DNA of 51,564 nt from Synechococcus sp. (GCA_051439425.1 JBFRWD010000182.1:1-51564), one strand, 5' to 3'; shown: positions 10,192 through 23,788, counted from the first letter of the stretch. Numbers and translations: made by a program. Notes: generated by a model from the sequence alone, not told the origin.

Positions 10192-10404
10192 TTAAGAGGT
10201 TTGGGGTAATCGTGTCGCTCTGACGGTTTGAGGGGTTTTGATGGGGCTGGTGAGTCCCGGCACCTGTAGTTCCCAGCCGTTGGCTAGCGTAAGAATGTGG
10301 GTATCGCCTGTATGAGTTTGTTGGATGACTTCCTCTTCCAAGTCTTTTTTGGCGACGTAAACCATCAGTTTTCCAGCGCGATCGGTATGAAGCATGATTT
10401 TCAT
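10192..10404 (-). CDS. nifT: Nitrogen fixation protein NifT/FixU
   Basis: MKIML..VYVAKKDLEE..LANGW..P.TV.A signature. Confidence 0.92.
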   Translation of the reverse strand: MKIMLHTDRAGKLMVYVAKKDLEEEVIQQTHTGDTHILTLANGWELQVPGLTSPIKTPQTVRATRLPQTS

Positions 10405-10458
10405 GGCGCGTGTTTCTCAGTAGTGCGGACTGGTGAAATAGGCGAGGGACTTAAGTGA

Positions 10459-10503
10459 TAGATGTGCTGGGGGCTAGATGTGCTGGGGGCTAGATGTGAT
10501 GGG
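10459..10503. repeat. 16-bp tandem repeat (TAGATGTGCTGGGGGC x2.8) between nifV and nifT
   Basis: Units at 10459, 10475 and a partial at 10491. Confidence 0.85.
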
Positions 10504-10510
10504 TAATGGT

Positions 10511-11653
10511 TTATCCAAGCGGAACAAGGGCTCCGGCCTCTGTCACCACTGCCATTACTTCATCCATCGTGAGGCTGCGTTTGAGTTGGGTGGAGCGATC
10601 GCGGACAGCATCCAGTAGCGACTGACTGCTGTTGACATCGATGGCAACACCGCGTTCTTGCAAGATTTGCTTTAACAGGTGGCGACCGGAATGTTTGCCG
10701 ATCACGAAACGGCGCTGTCCGCCGACCTCTGCCGGATCGAAGGGTTCGTAAGTGCTGGGATTGTGTAGGACACCGTGGGCATGAATACCGGATTCATGGG
10801 CAAAGGTGTTGGTGCCCACAATGGCCTTCCATGGGGGCACCGGACAGTTAACCGAGTCGGCCACCAAACGGGAGAGCGCCAACAACTGGTGGGCTTGAAT
10901 GCCGGGTTTAAAGCCGTAGATTTGCTTCAAAGCCATAACGACCTCCTCAAGAGCCGCATTCCCAGCTCGTTCTCCGAGACCGTTCACCGTGGTGTTGATG
11001 GATGTGGCTCCCGCCCGGATACCCGCAAGAGCATTGGCAGTGGCCAAGCCCAAGTCGTTATGGGTGTGCATTTCCACCGGGATGGTTAGGCTTGCCACAA
11101 GCTTCTGCACCCGTTCAAACGTGGTAAACGGATCGAGGATGCCCACCGTGTCGCAGAACCGGAACCGGAATGCCCCCAATTGTTGGGCGTACTGAGCCGT
11201 ATCGATCAAAAAGGATTCGCGAGCGCGAGAACTGTCTTCCCCCCCCACGCTCACCTCCAGCCCGTGATCGCGGGCAAAGGCAATGGAATCCCGCAATTGC
11301 CCCAGCATCCGATTCCGGTTTCCCTGGAATTTGACCTGAATCTGAATATCAGAAACGGGGATAGAAATATGCACCCGTTTCAGGCCGCAGTGAATCGACG
11401 CTTGAATGTCGGACAGGACGGCTCGGTTCCAGCCCAGCAGTTGAGCCTTGAGACCCAGTTCGGCGATCGCCCGAATCGATTGAGCTTCCTCTCGCCCCAT
11501 GGCGGGGATGCCCACCTCTAGTTCTTGAATGCCGATCGCGTCAAGAAAGGTGGCGATCGCCACTTTTTCTTCTAAACCAAAGGCCACACCGGCGGCTTGT
11601 TCGCCGTCTCGAAGAGTTGTGTCGTTGATATTGATACGGGGCTGGGCGGTCAT
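10511..11653 (-). CDS. nifV: Homocitrate synthase
   Basis: DTTLRDGEQAAGVAF, LLGWNR, RFRFCDTVG, HTHNDLG, GLGERAGNA, HESGIH, GKHSG motifs; in nif cluster. Confidence 0.95.
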   Translation of the reverse strand: MTAQPRININDTTLRDGEQAAGVAFGLEEKVAIATFLDAIGIQELEVGIPAMGREEAQSIRAIAELGLKAQLLGWNRAVLSDIQASIHCGLKRVHISIPVSDIQIQVKFQGNRNRMLGQLRDSIAFARDHGLEVSVGGEDSSRARESFLIDTAQYAQQLGAFRFRFCDTVGILDPFTTFERVQKLVASLTIPVEMHTHNDLGLATANALAGIRAGATSINTTVNGLGERAGNAALEEVVMALKQIYGFKPGIQAHQLLALSRLVADSVNCPVPPWKAIVGTNTFAHESGIHAHGVLHNPSTYEPFDPAEVGGQRRFVIGKHSGRHLLKQILQERGVAIDVNSSQSLLDAVRDRSTQLKRSLTMDEVMAVVTEAGALVPLG

Positions 11654-11726
11654 GGCAGCCTCTTACAGTATTCAAAAGATAGACAGTCAACAGGGGGCGT
11701 AAACAGCCAGTCGATATTGGTTTCCT

Positions 11727-12275
11727 CTAGTTCGGGAGAGACAGCGTCAGGCTGTCCCCAGCCAGGAAGTGATCGATATGGAAGGTCCGATCTTCCGTTT
11801 TTAGGAGAATTTCTTCGTACAGATATCGAGTGGCGCGATCGCCGATACTTTCCGCCTCACTAGCCAGACGGCGCAATAACCCGATAACCGCTTGTTCGGC
11901 TATCAAGTCGTTCTCTAGCATTTGGCGGCAGTTAAAGGCCCCATCGAGCTCGGGGGTAAAGCAGCAGAGTTCGTCGAGCAAAGCAAAGCTACCGGCAGGA
12001 ACACCCCCCAACCCATTGAGGCGCTCTGCCACATCGTGGGCGTGCTCTTGGGTGGCTTCGTAGCTTTCTTGGAAGAATTCGTGAACGGAGTAAAACTCGG
12101 TACCTTCTACAACAAAATGGTGTTTTCGGTACTGAAGATAGAGAGCATGAAAGCTGGCGTAGGCCAAGTTTAATCCCTCACAGATTGGGATGGTGACTTC
12201 CGTTTCGAGGCCAACGGGATTGCTCCCGACATCGCCAAATGCACGCACGAGATTTTGAGTGATTGGGGTCGTCAT
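11727..12275 (-). CDS. dps: Dps-family DNA protection / ferritin-like protein
   Basis: [35 protein letters not shown] ferroxidase motifs of cyanobacterial DpsA. Confidence 0.9.
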   Translation of the reverse strand: MTTPITQNLVRAFGDVGSNPVGLETEVTIPICEGLNLAYASFHALYLQYRKHHFVVEGTEFYSVHEFFQESYEATQEHAHDVAERLNGLGGVPAGSFALLDELCCFTPELDGAFNCRQMLENDLIAEQAVIGLLRRLASEAESIGDRATRYLYEEILLKTEDRTFHIDHFLAGDSLTLSLPN

Positions 12276-12372
12276 TGGATGTCTCCGGTTCGTTGAGAGT
12301 GTGAATAACGATCGAGAAAATCGCTGATACTGGAGTGTGGTAATTAATCGGATCGAGCAAACTCGGCACAGG

Positions 12373-12645
12373 CTATCTTCGCGCTGCCATACAAGTTGCC
12401 GGTGTGTCCCAGCAACGTTCCAGCCAAACAATATTGGCTTGGCGAGGACAGGTAAATCGCCGGACAACGCTGTTGACCAATAGCAACTCGACGGCATGGC
12501 GGACATTGACGCGCAATGTTCCATCAGCAGGACAATTACAAGGAATCTTTAGCTCTTGCAGGCGGCGGCAGATCGACCAGCGATCGCAGCGATGCACCGA
12601 GACAACATGTTCCCGATTTGGGAGCACGATTGTAGGTAAGCTCAT
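12373..12645 (-). CDS. Asr1405/Asl0597-family protein
   Basis: [17 protein letters not shown]...G.LRV....A.....SV...T..RQ...WLERCW family pattern; downstream of cysE as in other cyanobacterial nif clusters. Confidence 0.8.
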   Translation of the reverse strand: MSLPTIVLPNREHVVSVHRCDRWSICRRLQELKIPCNCPADGTLRVNVRHAVELLLVNSVVRRFTCPRQANIVWLERCWDTPATCMAARR

Positions 12646-12649
12646 GGGA

Positions 12650-13366
12650 CTAGAACTCCGAGGTTTCGTGGGGTGGGCAAGAAGGACTGTGGATTTGGGT
12701 TTCAAGTGCTTCGACGCGTGCGAGCAATAGCCTCAGAGCTTTTGCATTGAGGTCCGGTAGTTGGCCGTGCTCTAAGGGCTTAGTAGCGGTATTGCATTCG
12801 CAAATATTGCGGCTGGGGACGCCAACTGCCGTGCAGTTGGCAGGTACATCCTTCAACACAACCGAACCCGCACCGATGCGAGCGCGATCGCCGATATCAA
12901 TATTGCCAAGAACTTTTGCCCCACTGCCGATTACCGCTCCATTCCCGACGGTGGGATGTCGCTTGCCGAGCTCTTTGCCCGTGCCGCCCAACGTAACCCC
13001 CTGATAAATCAGCGTGTAATCACCCACAATGGCGGTTTCACCAATCACGACGCCATGGCCGTGATCGATGAACACCCCTTTACCTAACCGAGCACCGGGA
13101 TGGATCTCTATACCGGTAAACAAGCGGGCGATGTGAGAAATCAAGCGGGGGAAGAAGGGGATATCGGAGCGATGCAACCAGTGGGCTAATCGATGTGCCG
13201 AGATTGCATGCAGGCCGGGATAGCAACACAGCACCTCCAGCCAGTTCCGTGCAGCGGGGTCTCGCTCGAAGATAATGAGGAAGTCTTCCACGAGCGGTAG
13301 TTGCTGGACGCGTTCGGTCAAGGACAATCGAGGCCGAGCGAAAAAATTTGGCAAGGATAGTGACAT
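12650..13366 (-). CDS. cysE: Serine O-acetyltransferase (nif-associated NifP/CysE)
   Basis: [48 protein letters not shown] hexapeptide-repeat motifs. Confidence 0.95.
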   Translation of the reverse strand: MSLSLPNFFARPRLSLTERVQQLPLVEDFLIIFERDPAARNWLEVLCCYPGLHAISAHRLAHWLHRSDIPFFPRLISHIARLFTGIEIHPGARLGKGVFIDHGHGVVIGETAIVGDYTLIYQGVTLGGTGKELGKRHPTVGNGAVIGSGAKVLGNIDIGDRARIGAGSVVLKDVPANCTAVGVPSRNICECNTATKPLEHGQLPDLNAKALRLLLARVEALETQIHSPSCPPHETSEF

Positions 13367-13526
13367 TTGCTTATTGGGGGCAGGGGCTTATTGGGGGCAG
13401 GTGTTGGCTGGAGCAAGGGGTTGTTGAGACGGAATTTTATTCAGGCTGAGTTGTCTTGCTTATATCAGCAGCTATTTGCCACCAGCGATCGCTATCCCAG
13501 GACAGGTTTACTAAAACTATTACGGC

Positions 13527-14601
13527 TGTACTCAATTGTCGAATTGGTGACCCATTGGGGGATTGGAAAAAAAATTGGGACAAGGGGCGAGTATTTTATA
13601 GTTTGGGGACGAGTTTTTTTGAAACAGGGTACGAGTATTGTGTACTCACGGTGAATCCCAGCCGCATAAACGATCTGGGCAATTTTTATTCATTCAGTTA
13701 ATGAAGAGCCGTTTGCACTCAACAGGCAAATTTGCTTTGAGTTCTGCATCTTATTTTTTGGGAAACAGTATCAACCGATGCAAAATTGAACTGTTATATT
13801 TCAGATTTTTCTGACTTATTGATTGAATGTTCTAGAACGACTCAACGATTTGAACGTGCTTTTCCCCTCAAGGACGATACAGGCAGAGCCACGGCTCGAC
13901 GGACAGGGAAGTTGTCATTTTCGTTCTTCGCTACATCATTCTTGGGACGGTATTTCGTATTTGCCGTAGCATGACTGACCGTCCAGAGACTGGCTGAAGA
14001 GCGACTGGATGGGGCCGAACAAACCTAAACCGAGAATGTTCGTGTCGGACTGTTAGGTGGATTTATCAATATATAAACAAAAGATAAAAACGAGCTAATC
14101 GATACAAATATCTGACGTTTTCCGAGCAATTGAAATCATATTTTGTATCTAATTTAGCAAAATAAAATATCTTGAGTACTCAATTCAGTTGTCGTCAATA
14201 TGGAGTAAAAATAGCCTCTACCCCTTATTGATCGGGGGTTTGCGTTGAGTACAACAATACCGGTAGGAAGAGGCAAAATACCAGTCAGGGGGGCGAAAAA
14301 TACTAGTCCCTCGACTGCAAAAAAAAATTATTGCTGGCAATTCAAGGGCTGCAGCGGTTGAGTGCACGGGTAACTATTCAATAAACCTATCTGAATTTCT
14401 GGGCTCAAACGCCCGAAAAGCTATTGCTATAACGCTTTCAACACCGGGCACCCAATCTTCAAGAATTGGCTAAATCGGTGAACTGCTAGAACGCAACGTC
14501 AACTTCGCTCGGTTAGAGCACGTTACTTCTATTGACGAATTGCCTTCTACACATTGCATCGGTTTAACGATTCGCGACTCCAACGATTTCAGGCGTACTC
14601 A
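13527..14601. promoter_or_regulatory. Divergent nifP/nifB promoter region with repeated TTGAGT(A/G)CA motifs (putative CnfR-responsive elements)
   Basis: TGTACTCAA 13527, TGTACTCA 13641, TGCACTCAA 13714 (minus orientation); palindrome TTGAGTACTCAA 14172; TTGAGTACA 14245, TTGAGTGCA 14358 (plus); GTACTCA 14595. Confidence 0.65.
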
Positions 14602-14881
14602 CCCCATCGAGCTGCCCCCGTTTCAAATACGCAAGCGCGCGCAGCCCCTACCTTACCCCTAGAAATCAGGTTTATCGCGAAGGTTGGGTTTTCCGGATTG
14701 TTTCTTCTTAGATTCACGCGATCGCAGAGAGCGGCAGCATTCTCAGACATCCCCCCTGGTTCTCCAGCTGAATCGGCTCGCGCAGAACAAACACCTCTTG
14801 ATGTCGTCAGTGTTATGTCGCCCTCTTGCCAGTCTGTCTACCACTGTCTGCCTGCCACTGTCCTTTAAACCCCAAGAAACT

Positions 14882-16354
14882 ATGACGCCACCGCCACCTA
14901 CCGCCCAAGCGATTGCGCCCGAAGCAGCGCCCGAGCTGGACATTATGTTGACGAAAACCCAGACCAAGGTCAAAAAGTCTGGCGGTGGCTGCGGCTGTAG
15001 CACCAAGAATGACGAACCCAGCGGCCTCAGTGAGTCGATGAAGGCCCGGATTGAGAAGCACCCCTGCTATAGCGAAGAAGCCCACCACCACTACGCCCGC
15101 ATGCACGTTGCAGTCGCTCCTGCCTGCAATATTCAGTGCAACTACTGCAACCGCAAATACGACTGTGCCAACGAAAGTCGCCCTGGCGTCGTTAGCGAAC
15201 TGCTAACCCCCGAAGAAGCTGCCCACAAAGTCTTGGTTGTGGCAGGCAAAATCCCTCAAATGACCGTGCTCGGGATTGCTGGCCCCGGTGACCCGCTGGC
15301 GAACCCCGAAAAAACCTTCCGCACTTTTGAATTAATTGCCGACAAGGCCCCCGACATCAAGCTGTGCTTGTCTACTAATGGTCTGATGTTGCCTGACCAC
15401 GTCGATCGGATCAAAAACCTGAATGTCGATCACGTCACCATCACCATTAATATGGTGGACCCTGCCGTCGGCGAGCACATCTATCCCTGGGTGCACTATC
15501 GCCGTAAACGCTATCGCGGCATCGAGGGAGTGAAAATTCTGCACGAACGGCAGATGGAAGGTCTGCAAGCTCTGCAAGAAGCGGACATTCTCTGCAAAGT
15601 CAACTCGGTACTCATCCCCGGCATCAATGACGAACACCTGCCGGAAGTGAATCAGGCGATTCGCGATCGCGGTGCGTTCTTGCACAACATCATGCCGCTG
15701 ATTTCTGCCCCCGAGCACGGTACCTACTTTGGCTTGAACGGCCAACGAGGTCCCAAGCCGAAAGAGCTAAAAGCCGTTCAGGATAAGTGCTCTGGCAACA
15801 TGAAAATGATGCGTCACTGCCGCCAGTGCCGCGCCGATGCCGTCGGCCTACTGGGTGAAGATCGCAGCCAAGAATTCACCAAAGAAAAGTTCATGGAAAT
15901 GTCGGCGGACTACAGCTTGGAAAACCGCCAGGCTGTCCACCAAACCATCGAACAAAACAAGGCCGCGATCGCCGAGAAGAAGCAAGCCTCTGTCCGCACT
16001 GTCGTTGCAGATTCTCCCAAAGTTCTGGTGGCCGTGGCCACGAAGGGAGGTGGGTTGGTGAACCAGCATTTCGGTCATGCCAGAGAATTCATGATTTACG
16101 AAGTCGATGCCAACGACGCCAAGTTTGTCGGTCACCGCAAAGTCGCCGATTACTGCCAGGGGGGTTACGGCGAAGAAGCAGCCCTGGACGGCATCATCAG
16201 CACCATTGCCGATTGCACGGCCATCCTGGCGGCCAAAGTCGGCCCCTGTCCTCAGAAAGAACTGAAAAAAGCCGGGCTGATTGTGGTGGAAGCCTACGAC
16301 GCGATCGAAACGGTGGCTCGCGAATTCTACGACCAAAACGTCCTCAAGGCGTAA
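14882..16354 (+). CDS. nifB: FeMo-cofactor biosynthesis radical SAM protein NifB (with C-terminal NifX-like domain)
   Basis: [45 protein letters not shown]-terminal [18 protein letters not shown]. Start is uncertain (alternative 14801). Confidence 0.96.
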   Translation: MTPPPPTAQAIAPEAAPELDIMLTKTQTKVKKSGGGCGCSTKNDEPSGLSESMKARIEKHPCYSEEAHHHYARMHVAVAPACNIQCNYCNRKYDCANESRPGVVSELLTPEEAAHKVLVVAGKIPQMTVLGIAGPGDPLANPEKTFRTFELIADKAPDIKLCLSTNGLMLPDHVDRIKNLNVDHVTITINMVDPAVGEHIYPWVHYRRKRYRGIEGVKILHERQMEGLQALQEADILCKVNSVLIPGINDEHLPEVNQAIRDRGAFLHNIMPLISAPEHGTYFGLNGQRGPKPKELKAVQDKCSGNMKMMRHCRQCRADAVGLLGEDRSQEFTKEKFMEMSADYSLENRQAVHQTIEQNKAAIAEKKQASVRTVVADSPKVLVAVATKGGGLVNQHFGHAREFMIYEVDANDAKFVGHRKVADYCQGGYGEEAALDGIISTIADCTAILAAKVGPCPQKELKKAGLIVVEAYDAIETVAREFYDQNVLKA

Positions 16355-16439
16355 GTTCCCAGCTCCAACCTGCCAATACCGGCGATTTCCCACACTCCAT
16401 GCCCTTCATACCCAGCAGAGCAATAGCAGAGAGGAAGTT

Positions 16440-17639
16440 ATGGCCATTTATTTGGACAACAACGCTACCACTCGGGTGGACCCCGAAGTTCTGGAGGCAA
16501 TGCTGCCCTATTTGAGCGACCTCTACGGCAACCCCTCTTCGATGCACAGTTTTGGAGGGCAAGTGGGTGCCGCCGTACAGGATGCCCGAGAGCAGGTGGC
16601 CCAGTTGCTGGGAGCTGAAGATACGGAAATTATCTTCACCAGTTGCGGCAGCGAGAGCAACAACACCGCCATTCACGCGGCCTTAGCGGCTCAGCCAGAC
16701 AAGCGTCACATCGTGACCACGGCAGTGGAACACCCGGCAATTCTCAACGTGTGCAAGCACTTGGAGAAAAAGGGCTACACCGTCACGTATTTGTCGGTCG
16801 ATCGCCGCGGACAACTGGACCTGATGGAAGTGGAGGCGGCCATGACCGGGGGCACCGCCCTGGTGACGACCATGTACGCCAACAACGAAACCGGGGTCAT
16901 TTTTCCGGTGGAGCAAATCGGGGCGATCGCCAAAGACTACGGTGCCACGTTCCACGTAGACGCGGTCCAGGCCGTCGGTAAAGTCCCGATTAATTTACAA
17001 ACCAGCACCATCGACCTGCTGACCCTCTCCGGTCACAAACTTCATGCCCCCAAAGGAGTCGGTGCCCTGTACGTCCGGCGAGGCTTCCGCTTTCGTCCCT
17101 TCCTGTTGGGGGGACACCAGGAGCGTGGGCGCAGGGCCGGTACCCACAACGTCCCCGGCATTATCGGTCTGGGGAAAGCGGCCGAACTGGCCCAGCGCCA
17201 CCTGGCCGATGTTGCCAGGGAGCGCCAGCTGCGAGACTGGCTGGAAACCCAGTTGCTGGAGCGGATTCCCGATTGCGAAGTGAACGGCGGCGGCACCGAT
17301 CGCCTGCCCAACACCGCCAACATTGGCTTCAAGTACATCGAAGGGGAAGCCATTCTCTTCATGCTTAACAAGGACGGGATTTGCGCCTCCTCCGGCTCCG
17401 CCTGTACCTCCGGCTCCCTCGACCCCTCCCACGTGCTGATGGCGATGGGACTGCCCTACACGATTCTGCACGGCTCGATTCGCTTTAGCTTGTCGCGGTT
17501 CACCACCCAAGAGGAGGTTCGCCAGGTGGTGGAAGTGATGCCCGGCATTGTGGAAAAACTGCGCGCGATTTCTCCATTCAACAGCGACCAAGCGGATTGG
17601 TTGCAAGAGCGAGATTTGGCGACTGCTGCCAGCGATTAA
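16440..17639 (+). CDS. nifS: Cysteine desulfurase NifS
   Basis: YLDNNATT, SGHKLHAPKG (PLP lysine), SSGSACTS catalytic Cys. Confidence 0.96.
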   Translation: MAIYLDNNATTRVDPEVLEAMLPYLSDLYGNPSSMHSFGGQVGAAVQDAREQVAQLLGAEDTEIIFTSCGSESNNTAIHAALAAQPDKRHIVTTAVEHPAILNVCKHLEKKGYTVTYLSVDRRGQLDLMEVEAAMTGGTALVTTMYANNETGVIFPVEQIGAIAKDYGATFHVDAVQAVGKVPINLQTSTIDLLTLSGHKLHAPKGVGALYVRRGFRFRPFLLGGHQERGRRAGTHNVPGIIGLGKAAELAQRHLADVARERQLRDWLETQLLERIPDCEVNGGGTDRLPNTANIGFKYIEGEAILFMLNKDGICASSGSACTSGSLDPSHVLMAMGLPYTILHGSIRFSLSRFTTQEEVRQVVEVMPGIVEKLRAISPFNSDQADWLQERDLATAASD

Positions 17640-17721
17640 CCCCCTACCCGCGATTATTCCCTGCACTCACTCGCTCTATTTCCCATCTCTCCTCTATTCG
17701 ACCCCTACCCGAGAAACCGCC

Positions 17722-19784
<2,063 letters not shown>

Positions 19785-19790
19785 CCCCTT

Positions 19791-19855
19791 CGCTTGGCTG
19801 GGCTGGCACGTCCGACCCGCTAGCCCATAGCGTCACTGGCAGTCTCAGCCAAGCG
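19791..19855 (+). other. Stem-loop in the nifH-nifD intergenic region (likely mRNA stability/attenuation element)
   Basis: CGCTTGGCTG (19791-19800) pairs with CAGCCAAGCG (19846-19855); no poly-U tail. Confidence 0.55.
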
Positions 19856-19905
19856 TCACTTCCCTCCCCGCACAGAACCTCCCCTACAGCACTCAAGAGG
19901 GCACC

Positions 19906-21360
19906 ATGACTACCGTAGATGACCGAAAAGCGCTTGTCCAAGAAGTCTTGGACGCCTATCCTGCCAAAGCCAAAAAGCGCCGCACAAAGCACCTCAACGT
20001 TCACGAAGAAGGAGCCCCCGATTGCGGCGTCAACTCCAATAAAAAATCCGTCCCTGGCGTGATGACCACCCGTGGCTGTGCCTATGCCGGAGCGAAAGGG
20101 GTGGTTTGGGGACCGGTAAAGGACATGATCCACCTGAGCCACGGGCCGGTGGGCTGCGGCTATTATTCCTGGTCCGGTCGCCGTAATTACTACGTTGGCA
20201 CCACCGGGGTCGATACTTTCGGCACCATGCAGTTCACCTCAGACTTTCAAGAGCGCGATATTGTCTTTGGCGGCGATAAAAAACTAGCCAAATTAATCGA
20301 TGAATTAGAAGTCCTGTTTCCCCTCAGCAAAGGCACCACCATTGAGTCTGAATGTCCGGTGGGCTTGATCGGAGACGACATCGAAGCCGTCGCCAGGAAG
20401 AAAGCAAAAGAAACTGGTAAGCCGGTTGTGCCGGTGCGTTGCGAAGGATTCCGGGGGGTTTCTCAATCTCTCGGTCACCACATTGCAAACGACACCGTTC
20501 GTGACTGGGTACTGCCCAAAGCCGACGAGTACCGCCAATTACCGGAAGGCTTCGAATCCAGTCCCTACGACGTCAACATCATCGGTGACTACAACATTGG
20601 TGGCGATGCTTGGCCCAGCCGCAAGCTGATGGAAGACATGGGCCTGCGGGTCATCTGTCAGTTCTCGGGAGACGGCACCTTCAACGAAGTGGTCATGACT
20701 CCTTTGGCCAAACTGAACCTGATCCACTGCTACCGCTCCATGAACTACATTTGTCGCTTCATGGAAGAGAAGTACGGCATCGGCTGGCTGGAGTACAACT
20801 TCTTTGGCCCCACCCAAATCGCCAAATCCCTGCGGAAAATTGCTGCCCAGTTTGACGAAACCATTCAGGAAAAAGCCGAAGCCGTCATCGCCGCCAACCA
20901 AGCGCGAATGGATGCCATCATCGCCAAGTATCGCCCCCGCTTGGAAGGCAAGAAAGTGATGATGATGGTGGGCGGTCTGCGTCCTCGCCACGTCATTCCC
21001 GCTTTCGAAGATCTGGGTATGGACGTGATTGGCACCGGTTACGAATTCGGTCACGGTGACGACTACAAGCGCACTGCCGACTACGTCAAAGACGGCACCG
21101 TCATCTACGACGATGTCAGCGGCTACGAATTTGAAGAGTTTGCCAAACAGCTACAGCCCGACCTGATCGCTGCCGGCATTAAAGAGAAGTATGTCTTCCA
21201 GAAGATGGCTCTGCCCTTCCGTCAGATGCACTCCTGGGATTACTCCGGCCCTTACCACGGCTACGAGGGCTTCGAAGTCTTTGCCCGCGACATGGATTTG
21301 GCCATCAACAATCCCACTTGGGGACTGATTGAGACCCCCTGGCAACAGGCACAAGTCTGA
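19906..21360 (+). CDS. nifD: Nitrogenase MoFe protein alpha chain
   Basis: [46 protein letters not shown]; uninterrupted. Confidence 0.99.
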   Translation: MTTVDDRKALVQEVLDAYPAKAKKRRTKHLNVHEEGAPDCGVNSNKKSVPGVMTTRGCAYAGAKGVVWGPVKDMIHLSHGPVGCGYYSWSGRRNYYVGTTGVDTFGTMQFTSDFQERDIVFGGDKKLAKLIDELEVLFPLSKGTTIESECPVGLIGDDIEAVARKKAKETGKPVVPVRCEGFRGVSQSLGHHIANDTVRDWVLPKADEYRQLPEGFESSPYDVNIIGDYNIGGDAWPSRKLMEDMGLRVICQFSGDGTFNEVVMTPLAKLNLIHCYRSMNYICRFMEEKYGIGWLEYNFFGPTQIAKSLRKIAAQFDETIQEKAEAVIAANQARMDAIIAKYRPRLEGKKVMMMVGGLRPRHVIPAFEDLGMDVIGTGYEFGHGDDYKRTADYVKDGTVIYDDVSGYEFEEFAKQLQPDLIAAGIKEKYVFQKMALPFRQMHSWDYSGPYHGYEGFEVFARDMDLAINNPTWGLIETPWQQAQV

Positions 21361-21490
21361 CCCCATTGAGAGTTGGGAGATGGGCATACGCTCCTCCGTG
21401 CGATTCCATTGCTCTCTCCCACTCTTCTTGCACCTCTCACTCTCCCGTCTTTCTCTCTCCTGCAAATCCATCCCCCCTAGGAGACCTCCC

Positions 21491-23059
21491 ATGACTGAGA
21501 ACACCAATCCCCAAGTGCCGGAAAACGCTCCCGAACCCGGCAAAATTCAGGACCACTTCGATCTGTTTCGAGAAGACACCTACCAAGATTTATTCGAATA
21601 CAAGCGTCAGTTTGAGGGCGCTCACAGCTCCGAAACGGTAGCCGAAATCGCGGAATGGACTAAAAGCTGGGAATACCGAGAAAAGAACTTCGCTCGGGAA
21701 GCCCTCACTGTAAACCCTGCCAAAGCCTGTCAACCACTTGGTTCGTTGTTTGTGGCCTCCGGTTTTGAAGGGACCCTGCCCTATAGCCACGGCTCTCAGG
21801 GATGCGTGGCCTACTTCCGCACCCACCTGACCCGGAACTATAAAGAGCCTTTCCAAGCGGTGTCGTCTTCAATGACGGAAGATGCAGCCGTATTTGGAGG
21901 TCTCAACAACCTCAAGCAAGGGCTGCATAATGCCTACAATCTGTACAAACCCAAGATGATTGCCCTCTGCACCACCTGTATGGCGGAGGTGATTGGGGAT
22001 GACATCTCAGGCTTTATCGGAACGGCGAAAAATGAGGACTTGATTCCTCAAGATCTCCCGGTTCCTTCGGCCCACACCCCCAGTTTTGTGGGGTCCCACA
22101 TCACCGGCTACGACAACATGCTGGTGAGCATCTTGAAGACCCTGACAGAGGGTAAGAAAGCTGAAACGACCAACGGGAAGTTCAACTTCAACCTCGGGTT
22201 CGATCCGTATGTGGGCAACATTCGCGAGCTGAAGCGGATTCTGGGACTATTCGGCGTCGACTACACGGTGCTCTCGGACAACTCCGATACCTTTGATTCC
22301 CCCAATACGGGTGAATTCCAGATGTACAACGGGTTGACCACTCTGGAGGATGCCGCTGACTCTATCAATGCCGAAGGTAGCTTCTTCTTCCAGCAGTACT
22401 CCACCATCAAAACCCAAGAACTTGTCACCAAGGAATGGGAGCAAAAGGCCTACAACTTCCGCCCCTTCGGCATCAAGGGCACTGACGAGTTCCTGATGGC
22501 CCTCTCGGCCATTACCGGCAAGGCAATTCCTCAAGAGTTGCAGCAGGAGCGGGGTCGAGCAGTGGATGCCCTCACCGACTCTCAGGCTTGGATTCACGGC
22601 AAGCGGGTTGCCCTATATGGCGACCCAGACTATGTCATGAACATCACTCAGTTCTTGTTGGAAATGGGAGCCGAGCCCGTTCACATCGTCGTGACCAACT
22701 CGAACCCTGAGTTTGAAGCCGAAGCCCGCGAGCTCCTGACCAACAGTCCCTACGGTCAAGAGGCCACGGTATGGGGCAAGAAGGATCTGTGGCACCTGCG
22801 ATCGCTTCTGTTCACCGAGCCCGTCGATCTCCTAATCGGCAACTCCTACGGCAAGTATCTCTGGCGCGACACGGGCACTCCCTTAGTACGCATTGGCTAT
22901 CCGATCTTCGATCGCCACCACATGCATCGCTATCCCACCCTGGGCTATCAGGGAGCGATCAACCAGTTCAACTGGATTGTGAACACCATCCTGGATGAAC
23001 TCGATCGCAAGACCATCGTGCCCGCCAAGACTGACATCTCCTTCGACCTGATTCGGTAG
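21491..23059 (+). CDS. nifK: Nitrogenase MoFe protein beta chain
   Basis: NPAKACQPLG, HGSQGCVAY, TTCMAEVIGDD, HTPSFVGSH, C-terminal FDLIR. Confidence 0.99.
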   Translation: MTENTNPQVPENAPEPGKIQDHFDLFREDTYQDLFEYKRQFEGAHSSETVAEIAEWTKSWEYREKNFAREALTVNPAKACQPLGSLFVASGFEGTLPYSHGSQGCVAYFRTHLTRNYKEPFQAVSSSMTEDAAVFGGLNNLKQGLHNAYNLYKPKMIALCTTCMAEVIGDDISGFIGTAKNEDLIPQDLPVPSAHTPSFVGSHITGYDNMLVSILKTLTEGKKAETTNGKFNFNLGFDPYVGNIRELKRILGLFGVDYTVLSDNSDTFDSPNTGEFQMYNGLTTLEDAADSINAEGSFFFQQYSTIKTQELVTKEWEQKAYNFRPFGIKGTDEFLMALSAITGKAIPQELQQERGRAVDALTDSQAWIHGKRVALYGDPDYVMNITQFLLEMGAEPVHIVVTNSNPEFEAEARELLTNSPYGQEATVWGKKDLWHLRSLLFTEPVDLLIGNSYGKYLWRDTGTPLVRIGYPIFDRHHMHRYPTLGYQGAINQFNWIVNTILDELDRKTIVPAKTDISFDLIR

Positions 23060-23174
23060 TGCTCTGCTAGCGAAATCGGTGAAGGGCTCATCTCCTTCCT
23101 CGGGCTTGCTGCAACACAGTTGCCACTTGATGAGATTCCTCTTAGCAAGCCCGATCAACTACAAGGAGCCAACT

Positions 23175-23447
23175 ATGCGTCTTAGCGAAGAAGTCGAACT
23201 GAATTCACCACCCATCTTCGAACTGGGTAGCCGCGTTCGGGTTTGCAAAGTCATCCGTAACGACGGAACGTTCCCCGGCAAAGATATCGGCTTTCACCTG
23301 GCCAAGAAAGGTGACGTTGGCTACATCGTCAGCATTGGGACCTACCTGCAACGAGCCTATATCTACTCGGTGCATTTTCTCGAAACCAACTATGTGGTCG
23401 GCTGCCTCAGCCGAGAACTGGAACTGGCAGAAGAGCAATCGCCTTAG
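23175..23447 (+). CDS. nifZ: Nitrogen fixation protein NifZ
   Basis: P.FELG.RVR..K.IRNDGTFPG..G..L..KGDVGY..SIGTYLQ..YIYSVHF..VVGC..REL; AGGAG RBS. Confidence 0.93.
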   Translation: MRLSEEVELNSPPIFELGSRVRVCKVIRNDGTFPGKDIGFHLAKKGDVGYIVSIGTYLQRAYIYSVHFLETNYVVGCLSRELELAEEQSP

Positions 23448-23473
23448 CCTAACAAGCAATTTGGTAACGACCC

Positions 23474-23788
23474 ATGATCCATCTCCCCCATTTTTCCCAT
23501 CCCGTCTCATCCCCACCCCGGCAGCCCGCGATCGATATTTTCAAGCCGCTGCGCCGTTGGCTGGATGGCATTGAGTTCCACACTCCGCAGCTTGCCCGAA
23601 TGATTTGCAAGCTGATTCCCTGCCGCTGTCCCTTCGAGCGGGATGTCACTATTTTTGGCCGCACCATTCATATTCCGGCATTGTGCAAAATCAATCCGGT
23701 CTACGAAGAGCTAGTCAGCTTGCGGCTTCGCGCCCTCACGTATCTGGCCGAGGTCTGCGAAGAAGATGTGACCCAATATGTCTGCTGA
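23474..23788 (+). CDS. Mo-dependent nitrogenase C-terminal domain-containing protein
   Basis: LRRWLDGIE..ARMICKLIP..CPFERDV..IPALCKINPVYEELV.LR.RAL.YLA..C.EDV..Y family pattern. Confidence 0.85.
   Translation: MIHLPHFSHPVSSPPRQPAIDIFKPLRRWLDGIEFHTPQLARMICKLIPCRCPFERDVTIFGRTIHIPALCKINPVYEELVSLRLRALTYLAEVCEEDVTQYVC

Noticed and set aside
13367..14868. Short ORFs in the nifP-nifB intergenic region
   Set aside because: Non-ATG starts and no motifs; the region is better explained as promoter and leader
19906..23059. Alternative (V/Fe) nitrogenase or excision-element interruption
   Set aside because: No vnfG/anfG; Mo-type NifD ligand context (HCYRS, HSWDY) and mod genes are present; ORFs are continuous
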